DNA of 52,384 nt from Bacteriovoracaceae bacterium (GCA_947448495.1 CANFNX010000001.1:1-52384), one strand, 5' to 3'. Positions 18,744-28,861 are shown, counted from the first letter of the stretch. Notes: generated from the sequence alone by a model not told the origin. A program made the numbers and translations.

Positions 18744-19760
18744 GTGAATTATTTATATCTTTTTCTACTACTTTTTATCGCATCTTGTTCTTCATCCAGA
18801 AAAGGCGAAGTCATTTGCGATAAGCAAAGAGCTGTCATCGAAATAGGCACAAGCAGGATCAAAATGACTGTCGCCCAGGTGAATGTTTGCCAAAAAAAGA
18901 TCGTAAAGATTCTTGCCTCTGAATCTGAGCCGGTCGCCTTTGATCATTACCACGATCTAACTCATGAAAGACTCAAGCTTTTAAGTCATAAATCAATGGA
19001 CCAAGGGCTTGTGACTCTCGGACGATTCGCCAAGCAAATAGCTGCGCTCGGTATTAAAGACGAGAATATAAATGGTATTGCGACAGGTATTTTCCGCAAA
19101 GTCGATAACTCAAAAGCCTACCTTGAAAAAGTTCGTCAAGAAACAAATATCTCTTTTAAAGTTTTAAGCTCTTTGGAGGAAATTTCTTCGGCGATTGAAA
19201 TCACGAAACTAACTCATCAGAAGCAAGATTTTATGGTATGGGATATCGGTGGAGAATCTATGCAGCTGGGTCTTGTTTCACCCGATGGTCGATCTGATTA
19301 TCTGGTTGGTTTTGATGGATCACAAAAATTACGAAAGAAATTATTGTCCAAATTCAAATCGCTTCAAGACGGAATTGTTCATGAATCAGACTACCCTCGC
19401 CTTAGAAAAATGGTAGATGAAAATTACACCGGGATTAAACTTGATAGCATTAAAAATAAAATTCCAAAAACTGTTATTGGGCTTGGTGGAGTTCACAACA
19501 GGGCGATTCTTGAAACTCTTGTAAATTTGAATATGATTCCAAAAGAACAAAAAGAATTTTCATTGGGAGAAGTAAAAAATCTTCTCCACGTGTACCTGAA
19601 CCAATCAAAAGCTGAGATTCAAGGGGCCTATGCTGAAAATCAAACTCTGAACCTTATTTTGGTTTCCACATTGATGGAAAAACTTAATATCCAAAAAGTG
19701 ATTGTCAGCTCAAACAAGCCAGCTGACATCCTTCTTGTTGAAGGGCAAATTAATCCTTAA
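18744..19760 (+). CDS. Ppx/GppA-family (ASKHA) phosphatase-like lipoprotein
   Basis: Lipobox IASC; AVIEIGTSRIK, IATGIFR, LEE, WDIGGESMQL. Confidence 0.8.
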   Translation: MNYLYLFLLLFIASCSSSRKGEVICDKQRAVIEIGTSRIKMTVAQVNVCQKKIVKILASESEPVAFDHYHDLTHERLKLLSHKSMDQGLVTLGRFAKQIAALGIKDENINGIATGIFRKVDNSKAYLEKVRQETNISFKVLSSLEEISSAIEITKLTHQKQDFMVWDIGGESMQLGLVSPDGRSDYLVGFDGSQKLRKKLLSKFKSLQDGIVHESDYPRLRKMVDENYTGIKLDSIKNKIPKTVIGLGGVHNRAILETLVNLNMIPKEQKEFSLGEVKNLLHVYLNQSKAEIQGAYAENQTLNLILVSTLMEKLNIQKVIVSSNKPADILLVEGQINP

Positions 19761-20188
19761 AAAAACTTAATTAGCCGAATGATTTGCTGATTGCTCTTTT
19801 GTGATTCGACTTCAAAAGCGCATTCAGCAAAATTTGGTGCTGAAAAATTGATCTTTGGATTCATTGAAAATCCAAATCTTTCTTTGGGAGCTCCCACCAA
19901 ATTCGTATCGAGATGTTGATTATTATTGTGGTCTAAGAATGCCGCGAGAGCATAGCGCCCAGGTTTTAATTCTATCATCAATTCCATTTCATTAGCTTGG
20001 GCGTTCACAGGAACATATTTTTTAACAATCGCTTTTTGAGATCTTTCAGGAAAACTGTCAGGATCATCAAAAACGGCAATAGCAACTTGCCCTGACTCTC
20101 CCCCAAGATTAGATATTTTTAATTTCACAACTTCGGCCTGGGCAAAAATGGAGAAGATAAAAAAGCTAACATAGATCAGCTGACGCAT
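19757..20188 (-). CDS. DUF2141 family secreted protein
   Basis: GQVAIAVF, PGRYALAAFLDHNNN, GAPKERFGFSMN. Confidence 0.88.
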   Translation of the reverse strand: MRQLIYVSFFIFSIFAQAEVVKLKISNLGGESGQVAIAVFDDPDSFPERSQKAIVKKYVPVNAQANEMELMIELKPGRYALAAFLDHNNNQHLDTNLVGAPKERFGFSMNPKINFSAPNFAECAFEVESQKSNQQIIRLIKFF

Positions 20189-20325
20189 AAAAAACCTCGC
20201 TTGCAGATAACTCTAGTGGCATTTTAAACTCCGTAGGAAAAAAAACTCCTCACTGTGAAAGAATAACAGTCCCGAGATTTCAGCCTCTTACGCCCTTTTG
20301 AGTCCCCTCTACCTACTCGAGATCA

Positions 20326-20354
20326 TTGACATTATGTGACCGCCATCGTTCAAT
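20326..20354 (+). promoter_or_regulatory. Sigma-70 promoter of the YtkA/redoxin operon
   Basis: TTGACA-N17-TTCAAT. Confidence 0.45.
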
Positions 20355-20391
20355 TCAAGCATCGAGAAAATACGTTTTCATTGGAGACTAC

Positions 20392-20772
20392 ATGAGAGTT
20401 GCGGCCCTTATATTTCTTTTTCTTTCAACCTCAATCTGGGCCAATGATTGCCTCTACCAAACTCAAGAGCGTCTTTGCGTTGGTCTCACTTGGGTGGAAG
20501 GTCCTTTCCTTGATGCTTACTCAAAAAACGTTGTGACCTTTCAAAACATTGATACAAAAGAATTCAAATCACCGTCTTCACCAGTGAAATTCTATGCCTG
20601 GATGAAAATGGGAACTCACGAGCATGGATCAAGACCAATCCAAACAAAAATGACTCAAGAGGGAGTTTATGAAAATTCTCAGATCTTTTTTATGGGTGGC
20701 ATGATGGGAACCTGGGAGTTTAAGCTTAAAGTTGGAAATGAGGATGTCGTTCTTTTCAATCTTAGAAGTTAA
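20392..20772 (+). CDS. YtkA/FixH-like secreted metal-binding protein
   Basis: GGAG RBS; signal peptide; WMKMGTHEHGSRP; FFMGGMMGTWEF. Confidence 0.7.
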   Translation: MRVAALIFLFLSTSIWANDCLYQTQERLCVGLTWVEGPFLDAYSKNVVTFQNIDTKEFKSPSSPVKFYAWMKMGTHEHGSRPIQTKMTQEGVYENSQIFFMGGMMGTWEFKLKVGNEDVVLFNLRS

Positions 20773-20784
20773 TCTGGTGCACCT

Positions 20785-21339
20785 GTGAAAATTTTATTTT
20801 TTATCCTTTTTGTCATCTCATCAGCTCTGCTTCAAGCTGCAGTTCCATCTCTCATCCAAGGAAAAATGGCGATTGATCAAAAATCTTTTGAACTAAATTT
20901 AGCTCAAACCGAGACGGCAACGGTGGTGGTATTCCTCTCTGCGACCTGTCCCTGTTCTGATAGCCACATTCCATATTTAAAAAAATTAAAAGCAGAATTT
21001 CCACAAATAGCCTTTGTTGGGATCCATTCCAATATGGATGAGGATGCAAAGACGACTGAAAATTACTTCAAAACTGTCAATCTCCCTTTCACTGTTATCC
21101 AAGATGACAAAGCAAAACTCGCAGACACCTTTAAGGCCTATAAAACGCCTCATGCCTTTATTATCTCAAAAGATCAAAAAATTCTCTACGAGGGTGGTGT
21201 GACAAGCTCGGCGAAAGCCCATGAAGCAAGCCATTTCTATCTTCGGGATGCTCTCCAAGATCTTACACATGGAAAAGAAATTAAAGTGAAAGAAGTTCGA
21301 ACTCTGGGATGTATGATTTCAAGAGAAGAGAACACATGA
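20785..21339 (+). CDS. Exported thioredoxin-fold redoxin (AhpC/TSA-like)
   Basis: FLSATCPCS, AYKTPHAF, LYEGGV, C-terminal TLGCMI. Confidence 0.85.
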   Translation: MKILFFILFVISSALLQAAVPSLIQGKMAIDQKSFELNLAQTETATVVVFLSATCPCSDSHIPYLKKLKAEFPQIAFVGIHSNMDEDAKTTENYFKTVNLPFTVIQDDKAKLADTFKAYKTPHAFIISKDQKILYEGGVTSSAKAHEASHFYLRDALQDLTHGKEIKVKEVRTLGCMISREENT

Positions 21340-21770
21340 AAGGTTTCATTCTTCTCCTTAGCTTATTATTGGGTTGTGCCAAACCTAATTATGTAAGTTC
21401 GGAGGCTGAAAGAGATCGCTATGCTCCTTCACAAAACGCCTGCCCCCTCTATTTTAGCGAAGAAAGACTTTGCCTTTCAATAAAGTGGTCGGTCTATCCA
21501 ACGGAAGAAACACTGGGTGCTTTTACAATGACATTTTTTGCGGAAGAAAATCCTCAAAAACCCATCACCCCTCATCTCACTCCATTCGTTAAACTTTGGA
21601 TGCCAAGTATGGGCCATGGCTCCTCACCCGTTGTGATCACGCAGACGGCAGAAGGAATGTACCTCGTAAGTGAAGTCTATTTTACTATGCTCGGGGCCTG
21701 GGAAATCAGATTCCAATTAAAAAACAATACCGATGTTATCGAAGAACAAATCCAAAAAATTAATCTCTAA
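21336..21770 (+). CDS. YtkA/FixH-like lipoprotein
   Basis: ATGA overlap with the upstream stop; lipobox LLGC; LWMPSMGHGSSP; YFTMLGAWEI. Confidence 0.78.
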   Translation: MKGFILLLSLLLGCAKPNYVSSEAERDRYAPSQNACPLYFSEERLCLSIKWSVYPTEETLGAFTMTFFAEENPQKPITPHLTPFVKLWMPSMGHGSSPVVITQTAEGMYLVSEVYFTMLGAWEIRFQLKNNTDVIEEQIQKINL

Positions 21771-22665
21771 TTTTATATTTTCCATCCTTCTCATTTTGCT
21801 CTTAGATAAATCCTACGGAGCTTCTTGCTGTGGGGCGGGTTTCACCATTCCCTCCATCATCACGTCAGACGATAAGGCGCAACTTGCTGGGATCTACACC
21901 TATTCAAAAGTCCATGCAGACGTACTTCCCAATGGAACCTGGAGAGAGCGCAAACAGGACGATCATACGCAAATTTTTAAACTTGAAGGCGCCCATATTA
22001 TCGAGGATAGATGGCAAGCAGGGCTCTCCATTCCTTTCCAAAAGCGCGAGAGGTCTGGTGCCATGGCCGATAGCTCGACCGGCTTTGGAGACATCACCGC
22101 CCAACTGGGTTACGAATATCTACCCGATTGGAACTATCACCCTTATCGCCCCAAGGGCATCGGGTATCTTTCTATGATTACACCCACTGGGCGATCCATT
22201 AATGAATCCAAGGACGGAACAGGAATTGATTCCCGTGGCAGAGGATTTTGGGGGCTTGGGCTCGGAACGATTCTCACCAAGAACTGGCGCCACTGGGATG
22301 CCAACGCCAATATCGAAGCTCATCAGTCATTTCCTAAGGTTGTTCATAATGCTCGCGTGAATGGCTCTCTTCATCCAGGTCGAGGAGGAAGCTTGGCCTT
22401 GGGGTCTGGATACAATTGGAAGTCATTTCGCTTGGGAGGACTTATAAATTGGATTTATGAAGATCCAATTAATGTCAAAGGAACTCCTGCCTCTTCAGGT
22501 AATCTTCAGCGCTATAGTAATGGAACGATGGTGTTGAGCTACTTATTAGAAAAAAATGCGACAGTTTCTTTGAGTTACACTGATCAAACCATCTTTGGTT
22601 CACCCAGCAATACCGTTTTGAGCAAATCCATCACGATGTTTTTTCAGCAGAGATGGGAGCGCTAG
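21733..22665 (+). CDS. Outer-membrane beta-barrel channel with N-terminal Cys-Cys
   Basis: ASCCG after the signal; amphipathic strands; GFGDIT and PTG motifs of MetA-pathway-like channels; true start uncertain. Confidence 0.7.
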   Translation: MLSKNKSKKLISNFIFSILLILLLDKSYGASCCGAGFTIPSIITSDDKAQLAGIYTYSKVHADVLPNGTWRERKQDDHTQIFKLEGAHIIEDRWQAGLSIPFQKRERSGAMADSSTGFGDITAQLGYEYLPDWNYHPYRPKGIGYLSMITPTGRSINESKDGTGIDSRGRGFWGLGLGTILTKNWRHWDANANIEAHQSFPKVVHNARVNGSLHPGRGGSLALGSGYNWKSFRLGGLINWIYEDPINVKGTPASSGNLQRYSNGTMVLSYLLEKNATVSLSYTDQTIFGSPSNTVLSKSITMFFQQRWER

Positions 22666-23027
22666 TTGTTCCTATGACAATCCAATTCATCCCATAGAGA
22701 AAAGAAGGGGCCACTGACATTGATCCAACCTTTGAGTCGCTGTGGTTGGTCGATGATATCTTGATTTTTAAAAGTCATTTCAATGGGAGAAAATTGACCG
22801 GGATAAAAATGATAGATTGTTTCATTGGCCTTTTTCTCGACAAACCCAGCATTCCCCATCGCCAGCACCTCGTGGTTTAGACTGAACCACATACTGGTTG
22901 AGGTATCTTGGGTCAGTGTGATGTCCACATCGTATTGGCGGACTTCACAACTGTAATCCTCTGAAATTGCAAAAGAGGAATGAGAAACTGAAAGGAATAT
23001 GGCCAAAATTAAAATCTTCATAGTCAA
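22662..23027 (-). CDS. Secreted hypothetical protein
   Basis: Signal peptide; Cys near each terminus. Confidence 0.7.
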   Translation of the reverse strand: MTMKILILAIFLSVSHSSFAISEDYSCEVRQYDVDITLTQDTSTSMWFSLNHEVLAMGNAGFVEKKANETIYHFYPGQFSPIEMTFKNQDIIDQPQRLKGWINVSGPFFSLWDELDCHRNN

Positions 23028-23180
23028 AGAATACCAAATCGATCACTCCGTCACAATAGTTCCTGAAAAGTATTCCAAAACGGCACATCATAAATAATAA
23101 CTATCACAATCATGCATTATTATTATTTTATTTGATAGACAACTCCGCCTAAAGTCTCTTTATGAACTTTGGAGGTTTAA

Positions 23181-23495
23181 ATGAAATTCATGATCTTTAC
23201 GCTCTCAATCGCCTTGTCGCAACCTTTAGTCGCCCAAACTCAGACCGTGCATCAAATTGACATTGCTTACCCCCACCATCAGGAACACTACACGGGATCG
23301 ATTCGCACAACAGAATCCGAGCTGATGGAAAAACTAGTCACCAAGGCATCTACCATCTGTGGAAGTAAAGATCGTATCGAGATGATTGAAAACGTAGAAG
23401 CCAAATTTACTTTTTCAACAATCAACATTGATTCGGTTAACTTTCAAGGGAGCTATCCCCTTTCTTCGGTGACAGCGACTATTCATTGCCAATAA
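23181..23495 (+). CDS. Secreted hypothetical protein
   Basis: GGAGG RBS; signal peptide; terminal Cys. Confidence 0.75.
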   Translation: MKFMIFTLSIALSQPLVAQTQTVHQIDIAYPHHQEHYTGSIRTTESELMEKLVTKASTICGSKDRIEMIENVEAKFTFSTINIDSVNFQGSYPLSSVTATIHCQ

Positions 23496-23496
23496 A

Positions 23497-23516
23497 AAGG
23501 CCCCTACTGGGGCCTT
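23497..23516. terminator. Terminator between convergent genes
   Basis: AAGGCCCC-tact-GGGGCCTT. Confidence 0.7.
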
Positions 23517-23518
23517 CA

Positions 23519-24859
23519 CTATTTCGATTTCTTTTTGAAAAAATAAAAGACCGGAACTCCGGCCAGGATAAAGGCCAGTCCAATCATGGTGGATTTAGGA
23601 GAGGTGTAAACAGTGTTGATGAGCAGTAAAAGTCCCAAGATGATAAAAATCGCCGGCAGAACCGGATATCCCAGGGCCTTATAATCTCTCTTGAGATCCG
23701 GATGGCGCTTCCTCATGGTGAAAACAACTCCCGTCACCATGGCATAGAAAATCCATGCGGAGAAGACCACATAATCTGTTAACTGATCAAATGTACCTGA
23801 GAGGGCGAGCATTATTGAAACGGCAGCTTGAACCATGATTGAGGCCACTGGGACATTCGTTTTCTCATTCACACTGGCCAGTTGCTTGAAAAAAAGTCCA
23901 TCAGCTGCCATGGCATAAGGAACTCTCGCCCCTGTCATGATTGAACCATTCATGGCGCCTAAAGCTGAAAAAACAAAAGCAACAGAAAGGATTCCCATAC
24001 CAGATGAACCAAGAAATGTGAGCGCAGCTTTCGTGGCCACTGGTAATGCATCCGGAAACAGATTTGAATTGGAGTTTAAGATTTCTGAAAATGGCAAAGC
24101 ATAAAAATAGGCCACATTGGCCAGTCCATAGATTCCAAGAATAATCAATAATCCAACACCAAAGGAGATGGGAATATTGCGCTGAGGATTTTTAATTTCT
24201 CCTGCCACCATAGAAAGATTATTCCACCCATCATAGGCCCAAAGGGCAGCAAGGACGGCTGATCCGAAAGCCGACCAACCAGCAAAGCCAGTCATTTCAG
24301 GAGATGATTCAGTTAAATGAGACCAACTCACCTCTTTAGAGAAGAAGAAAATGCCAAAACAGATACCTATAATCATAAAAAGTTTTAGCGCCGTCATGAA
24401 GGAGTTCAATTTCCCTCCAAAGGCAACACTCAAACAATTAAGAAGAGAAAAAATTGTGATGATAAGGACTGCAGTGACTTCTTTGCCTCCAAAGAGATCA
24501 AGATTCACACTTGCACTCATAAAAGTCACGGCCCCGACTGCATAAGCAGCAATAGAACCTGGAGACCCAATCCAGAATCGCATCCACCCAAACAAAAAGC
24601 CCCAAAGCTCTCCGTACCCATTTTTTAAATAGACATACTCTCCACCTGCATCTGGCATCATAGAGCCAAGTTCTGCGTAGGCCAGGGCACCAGTTAAAGA
24701 AAGAATTCCACCAACCACCCACGCCAAGAGGACCCACATAGGGCTTCCCAAGGTCTGAGACATCGTTGCAGTTTTCAAAAATACACCAGTCCCAATGATT
24801 GTACCAATAACAAGCAAAATGGAGTCAGTCAGAGTCAGTCCACGTACAAGTTTACTCAT
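23519..24859 (-). CDS. APC-superfamily amino acid permease
   Basis: GTIIGTGVF, YAELGSMMPDAGGEYVY, WAYDGW, GEIKNPQRN; ~12 TM; likely start MSKLVRGL at 24859. Confidence 0.95.
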   Translation of the reverse strand: MSKLVRGLTLTDSILLVIGTIIGTGVFLKTATMSQTLGSPMWVLLAWVVGGILSLTGALAYAELGSMMPDAGGEYVYLKNGYGELWGFLFGWMRFWIGSPGSIAAYAVGAVTFMSASVNLDLFGGKEVTAVLIITIFSLLNCLSVAFGGKLNSFMTALKLFMIIGICFGIFFFSKEVSWSHLTESSPEMTGFAGWSAFGSAVLAALWAYDGWNNLSMVAGEIKNPQRNIPISFGVGLLIILGIYGLANVAYFYALPFSEILNSNSNLFPDALPVATKAALTFLGSSGMGILSVAFVFSALGAMNGSIMTGARVPYAMAADGLFFKQLASVNEKTNVPVASIMVQAAVSIMLALSGTFDQLTDYVVFSAWIFYAMVTGVVFTMRKRHPDLKRDYKALGYPVLPAIFIILGLLLLINTVYTSPKSTMIGLAFILAGVPVFYFFKKKSK

Positions 24860-24938
24860 AGGATCCTTAAATAAGATTTCGTTCCTATAGAAGACCAGAG
24901 TGGCCGAGAAATTGTCAACCGAAGTGAAGGAAAATAAA

Positions 24939-24961
24939 AAGGGCACTCAGAGAGTGCCCTT
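24939..24961 (-). terminator. Terminator of ihfB
   Basis: AAGGGCACTC-aga-GAGTGCCCTT with a minus-strand T tract. Confidence 0.8.
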
Positions 24962-24984
24962 AAAGTAATCTATCGAGTTAGAGA

Positions 24985-25290
24985 TTAGGCTTCTCGGATA
25001 ACGTATTTATCTTTCCCGTCATCCACCATTTCTTTAAGTTCTTTACCCACTTTAAAGAAAGGTACCTTTTTAGGGCTTACTTTAACCACTTTACCCGTTT
25101 TAGGATTTCTCCCTTCATAGGCCTTGTAGTTTCTGTTAGCAAAAGAACCGAAACCACGAATTTCAATTCTCTCATCATCAAAGAGGGCTTGAATCATGCT
25201 ATCAAAGCAGATGTTCACAATCTTTTCTGCTTGATGGTGTGGAAGGTTCGCCTGTTTTTCAATTACGGCAATCAAATCAGCTTTCGTCAT
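24985..25290 (-). CDS. ihfB: Integration host factor beta (HU/IHF family)
   Basis: MTKADLI, RIEIRGFGSF, GRNPKTG, PFFKVGKELK. Confidence 0.85.
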   Translation of the reverse strand: MTKADLIAVIEKQANLPHHQAEKIVNICFDSMIQALFDDERIEIRGFGSFANRNYKAYEGRNPKTGKVVKVSPKKVPFFKVGKELKEMVDDGKDKYVIREA

Positions 25291-25340
25291 GTCCCACTCC
25301 TTCTCTATCGGGGTCTTGAGATTTATATGATTTTGAGAGC

Positions 25341-25367
25341 TTATCGGTCGTTATCAAAAATAATTTA
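25341..25367 (-). promoter_or_regulatory. Sigma-28 promoter upstream of ihfB
   Basis: TAAA-N15-ACCGATAA on the minus strand. Confidence 0.65.
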
Positions 25368-25492
25368 GCCCCTGCCCCAAACTATCGGCAACCAAGCAAA
25401 TCTAACATCGTCTTCCGCCCCCTCTAAGCTCCTGATATAAGGGGAATCCCGACAATCACCGTCTGCTAGATTTTGTAAAGAGTTAGAATAAC

Positions 25493-25520
25493 TTAAGTAA
25501 AAGGCTCATCACATCGATAA
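25493..25520 (+). promoter_or_regulatory. Sigma-28-like promoter
   Basis: TTAAG-N16-TCGATAA, 20 nt before ATG 25541. Confidence 0.5.
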
Positions 25521-25540
25521 GTCGTTGAGGAATAAGGAAT

Positions 25541-27142
25541 ATGCTCTCACGATTGGTTAACATTCAGCTAACGACACTTGGTCTTCTGATCATGTGTGCT
25601 CTCGCCAGCTCATGTCAGGACACTCTTCCGATGCGATCAACGATCTCGCCTGACTCTGGCATCACAACAGATACAACATGCCCTGATGGTGAAGTCAAAA
25701 CAACTGCTGCGGACGGAACTGTGAGCTGTGTAGCCGCTCCTGCCACACGCCCAGACAATGCCGTAAAATTCCAGTCAAACTTTTGTGGATGTAAAGATGG
25801 TAAGGCCATTACATTTGGTAATTGCAGTAGTTTTTGCGCCAGCAAAAACACCGGTGGTGTCGCCATGTTTTATGCGAGCTTTAATCTGACTGAAGCCATC
25901 ACACTGAATTCAACTCTTAAAAATTTAAACGGATGGTGTAATACAAATCTTCCGGCCGATACATCCAATCCCAAATGCGTTATTAAAGCCAGAGATGATG
26001 AGAACAATGAACTCATCCTAGATGTGGATGCCACTGGAGCCAATAATTCGATAAGTGCGAATATGGATAAGATTCCTGAGGATAAAACATTTGTGATCAC
26101 TCTTGTAGAGGGAACTTCGGGCGTAAAATCTGATTCTATTCAAATTATTAAATACTCAAGTGACATTGCCATTTCAACTCTTGGTCCTTTGAAGAACGCT
26201 CCCATTACTCAATATAGCTGTATAAAGCGTCCCCCTTCAGTTGATCAAACAACCGGGGATATTTTTTACGATGTTGCCTTTCGTGTTCACTTTTACTTCT
26301 TACCAAGAATTCCCCCACAACCAATTCCAGCTGGATCGGATATTGTCTGTCATGACTTTTTAAACCCACTTTATGGGGCCATTGATGACATTTTGTACCC
26401 ACGATTAGAGGAAATTCCAGGTATCTTTAATTTATGGGATACCACTGATCCACGTTTTTATGACAACAACAACAATGGTCATGATGACGTGAATGATTTA
26501 ATTATTCAGAAGGCAAAATATTTTGGAGCATCAGGTATTCCTGCCTCGACAACATTTTTTGTAAAATTCACTGGCCTTAGCAGTCCTACGCCGACTAACA
26601 CCAATACAACGACGACAACAACTACCACAACAACAGCTTCTGCCCAATCTATGGGATACTACATGTTTCCTTGGATCGATCAGACAACCTATCGCTCCTA
26701 CTGCCTAAACAGCACCCATTACAATAGTACAAATCCTTTATTTAAAGCGATGAGGGACATTATTGGAGTGGATATGGAAGGTTTATATGTAGGGGCCAAG
26801 GCTCCTGAGACTGTTTTCGATAGATCGAACCAACCTTATCAGGCCCCAGATGATTATGTACTCATTAGGGAGACAGATTTAAAATCTGTTTGGTTTTACA
26901 TGAAAAATGGAGTGCCGACAGTCCCTACGGAGGCCATTGTATCGACTGTGCCCGTCTACTTCTACTATCCCATCAATAAAGCTTCGCCTTTTGTAAAATC
27001 CTCTACCCAGAGAATTTATCAAGTGAAAAGCGCGGCGGAACTTTCCGGCCAAAACGTACAAAATGGAGGAGCAAGTGCTTCAGGCACAAACACATCCTAT
27101 CCTCCTCATGATAGAAAAATCGGCTGTGTCCCTAAATTTTAA
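25541..27142 (+). CDS. Cys-rich surface lipoprotein with a Thr-rich linker
   Basis: Lipobox ASSC; many Cys; poly-Thr stretch; ends IGCVPKF. Confidence 0.8.
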   Translation: MLSRLVNIQLTTLGLLIMCALASSCQDTLPMRSTISPDSGITTDTTCPDGEVKTTAADGTVSCVAAPATRPDNAVKFQSNFCGCKDGKAITFGNCSSFCASKNTGGVAMFYASFNLTEAITLNSTLKNLNGWCNTNLPADTSNPKCVIKARDDENNELILDVDATGANNSISANMDKIPEDKTFVITLVEGTSGVKSDSIQIIKYSSDIAISTLGPLKNAPITQYSCIKRPPSVDQTTGDIFYDVAFRVHFYFLPRIPPQPIPAGSDIVCHDFLNPLYGAIDDILYPRLEEIPGIFNLWDTTDPRFYDNNNNGHDDVNDLIIQKAKYFGASGIPASTTFFVKFTGLSSPTPTNTNTTTTTTTTTTASAQSMGYYMFPWIDQTTYRSYCLNSTHYNSTNPLFKAMRDIIGVDMEGLYVGAKAPETVFDRSNQPYQAPDDYVLIRETDLKSVWFYMKNGVPTVPTEAIVSTVPVYFYYPINKASPFVKSSTQRIYQVKSAAELSGQNVQNGGASASGTNTSYPPHDRKIGCVPKF

Positions 27143-27972
27143 AGATGAGAATTGATAATCTTTAGGACGGGATCTAACTCAACTGAGAACATCAGATAAA
27201 ACACAAAAATCGTAATCACGTTGAGGCACAAGCTTATCGCCAACTTCCAGCGGAAACGTCTAAAAAAAGGCCACTTGGGTTTAACCAGACGATGCTTAAT
27301 GTAAAGTCCAATAAGAAAAATCAAAATAGCAATGTAAGCATAATCCTTTAAATCCTCTTTGCGCAAAAGCAAATCAAGCAGACTTAAAAACGCATTTTTA
27401 TCACGCAAAAGATCCACTGCAATTTCAAGACAAACGGGAAAATGATCAAAGAGATCACCAATAAGATTTCCCTTAGTTTTCAGCTTCAACATGGCCTTCA
27501 CTTCGTCACGCGGAACTCCACTTAGAAGGCCATCTTTAAAAGTCTCTTTCAACAACTTAATAAATTTCTCATCAAGTAAAGTAATTGCTGAAAGCTGACC
27601 TTTTGTAAGCTTTTGCATTTCAGAAATCGGATTCAGGGGTTCTCTTAAGGGATCAACGGATTTATCGATTTGTTTAAATTGAGAGCGCTGCTTTTCTTGT
27701 ACTCTTTTTAATTCCTCTAAATCCCGTTGGTCTTCCTCTTCCGGGGTTAATGGCCGTCCCTCTTCGGTGATGGAGGATTCGGCCGATTGAGTTTCTACAG
27801 GAGTAGATTCTGGAGACGCCTGGGTCTGGGAAGCTGAGACTTCTGTGGTCTCTGTATTCTTGATGATAACCTTTCCTCCATTGGGAGTTAAAGGTTGCTT
27901 TTCTAAATCACCCTGGCAGAAACCAGGGTGAGATTGAATAAGAAAAAAAAATAAAAGGAGAAACTTAGGCAT
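27139..27972 (-). CDS. Hypothetical exported protein with two C-terminal TM helices, coupled to secF
   Basis: Signal peptide, acidic linker, 2 TM; overlaps the secF stop. Confidence 0.75.
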   Translation of the reverse strand: MPKFLLLFFFLIQSHPGFCQGDLEKQPLTPNGGKVIIKNTETTEVSASQTQASPESTPVETQSAESSITEEGRPLTPEEEDQRDLEELKRVQEKQRSQFKQIDKSVDPLREPLNPISEMQKLTKGQLSAITLLDEKFIKLLKETFKDGLLSGVPRDEVKAMLKLKTKGNLIGDLFDHFPVCLEIAVDLLRDKNAFLSLLDLLLRKEDLKDYAYIAILIFLIGLYIKHRLVKPKWPFFRRFRWKLAISLCLNVITIFVFYLMFSVELDPVLKIINSHL

Positions 27973-28861
27973 GTTTTTTCGAAAACTTCTCAGTGAAAAC
28001 AGTCATTGGGACAGCGATAAAAATAGTTGAATAAACACCCAAGACTACACCAATGGTCATCGCAAAAAAGAAGTCATGAATCACACTTCCGCCCCAAAAG
28101 AGCATAACGAGTGAAACACCTAACACAGTTAAAGATGTAATGATTGTACGAGACATCGTTTCATTCAAAGCACGATTCATGATTTCAAAACTTGAAAGCC
28201 CCGGATTCGCATTTTCGATCTCACGTACACGGTCATAAATAACGACCGTATCATTCACTGAGTAACCAATGATTGCTAAAAGTGCAGCGACGATTTGAAG
28301 TGAGAACTCTTTCTGAGTCAGAATAAAAGCACCAATAATAATCGTCACGTCATGAATAAGCGCGGCGATCGCACCTGGGGCAAACTTATAGTCAAACCTA
28401 AGCGCCAGATAAATCATAATCGCCAAAATCGCCCAAGCTAAAGCTTGAAAAGCAGAGACTCTAAGCTGAGCTCCTGCCTTTGGACCCACGATATCATTTT
28501 TGAGGATTTCAAAACTTCCTGCACCGTATTTTTCCGTAAGAACGCTACTGACTTGAGAAGAGATAACGTTTAAATCACCTTTATCTGTTTCAAGTTTTAA
28601 TAAAAACTCATGTTGTGCTTCATCGCCAATGCTCTGTAATTGAGACATCGGAACTTTTTTCTCATCCATAAGAGTTCTTAATTCAGAGAGGCCAACGTTT
28701 TGATTAATCTTTACCTGAATTTCTACCCCACCTCGAAAATCAACACCGTAATTGAGTCCTTTAGTGAAGAACATAACTACTGTTCCTACAATGAGGGCGA
28801 GGGATAATAAACCTGCAACTTTGAATTTTCCAACGTAATCAATATTTTTCATACTCATCAT
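27965..28861 (-). CDS. secF: Protein translocase subunit SecF
   Basis: GLNYGVDFRGG, VGPKAG, IIGYSVNDTVVIYDRVRE, SRTIITS. Confidence 0.97.
   Translation of the reverse strand: MMSMKNIDYVGKFKVAGLLSLALIVGTVVMFFTKGLNYGVDFRGGVEIQVKINQNVGLSELRTLMDEKKVPMSQLQSIGDEAQHEFLLKLETDKGDLNVISSQVSSVLTEKYGAGSFEILKNDIVGPKAGAQLRVSAFQALAWAILAIMIYLALRFDYKFAPGAIAALIHDVTIIIGAFILTQKEFSLQIVAALLAIIGYSVNDTVVIYDRVREIENANPGLSSFEIMNRALNETMSRTIITSLTVLGVSLVMLFWGGSVIHDFFFAMTIGVVLGVYSTIFIAVPMTVFTEKFSKKHA

Noticed and set aside
26590-26640. Poly-Thr tract as a phase-variable repeat
   Set aside because: Mixed ACN codons, so a protein linker rather than a slippage repeat
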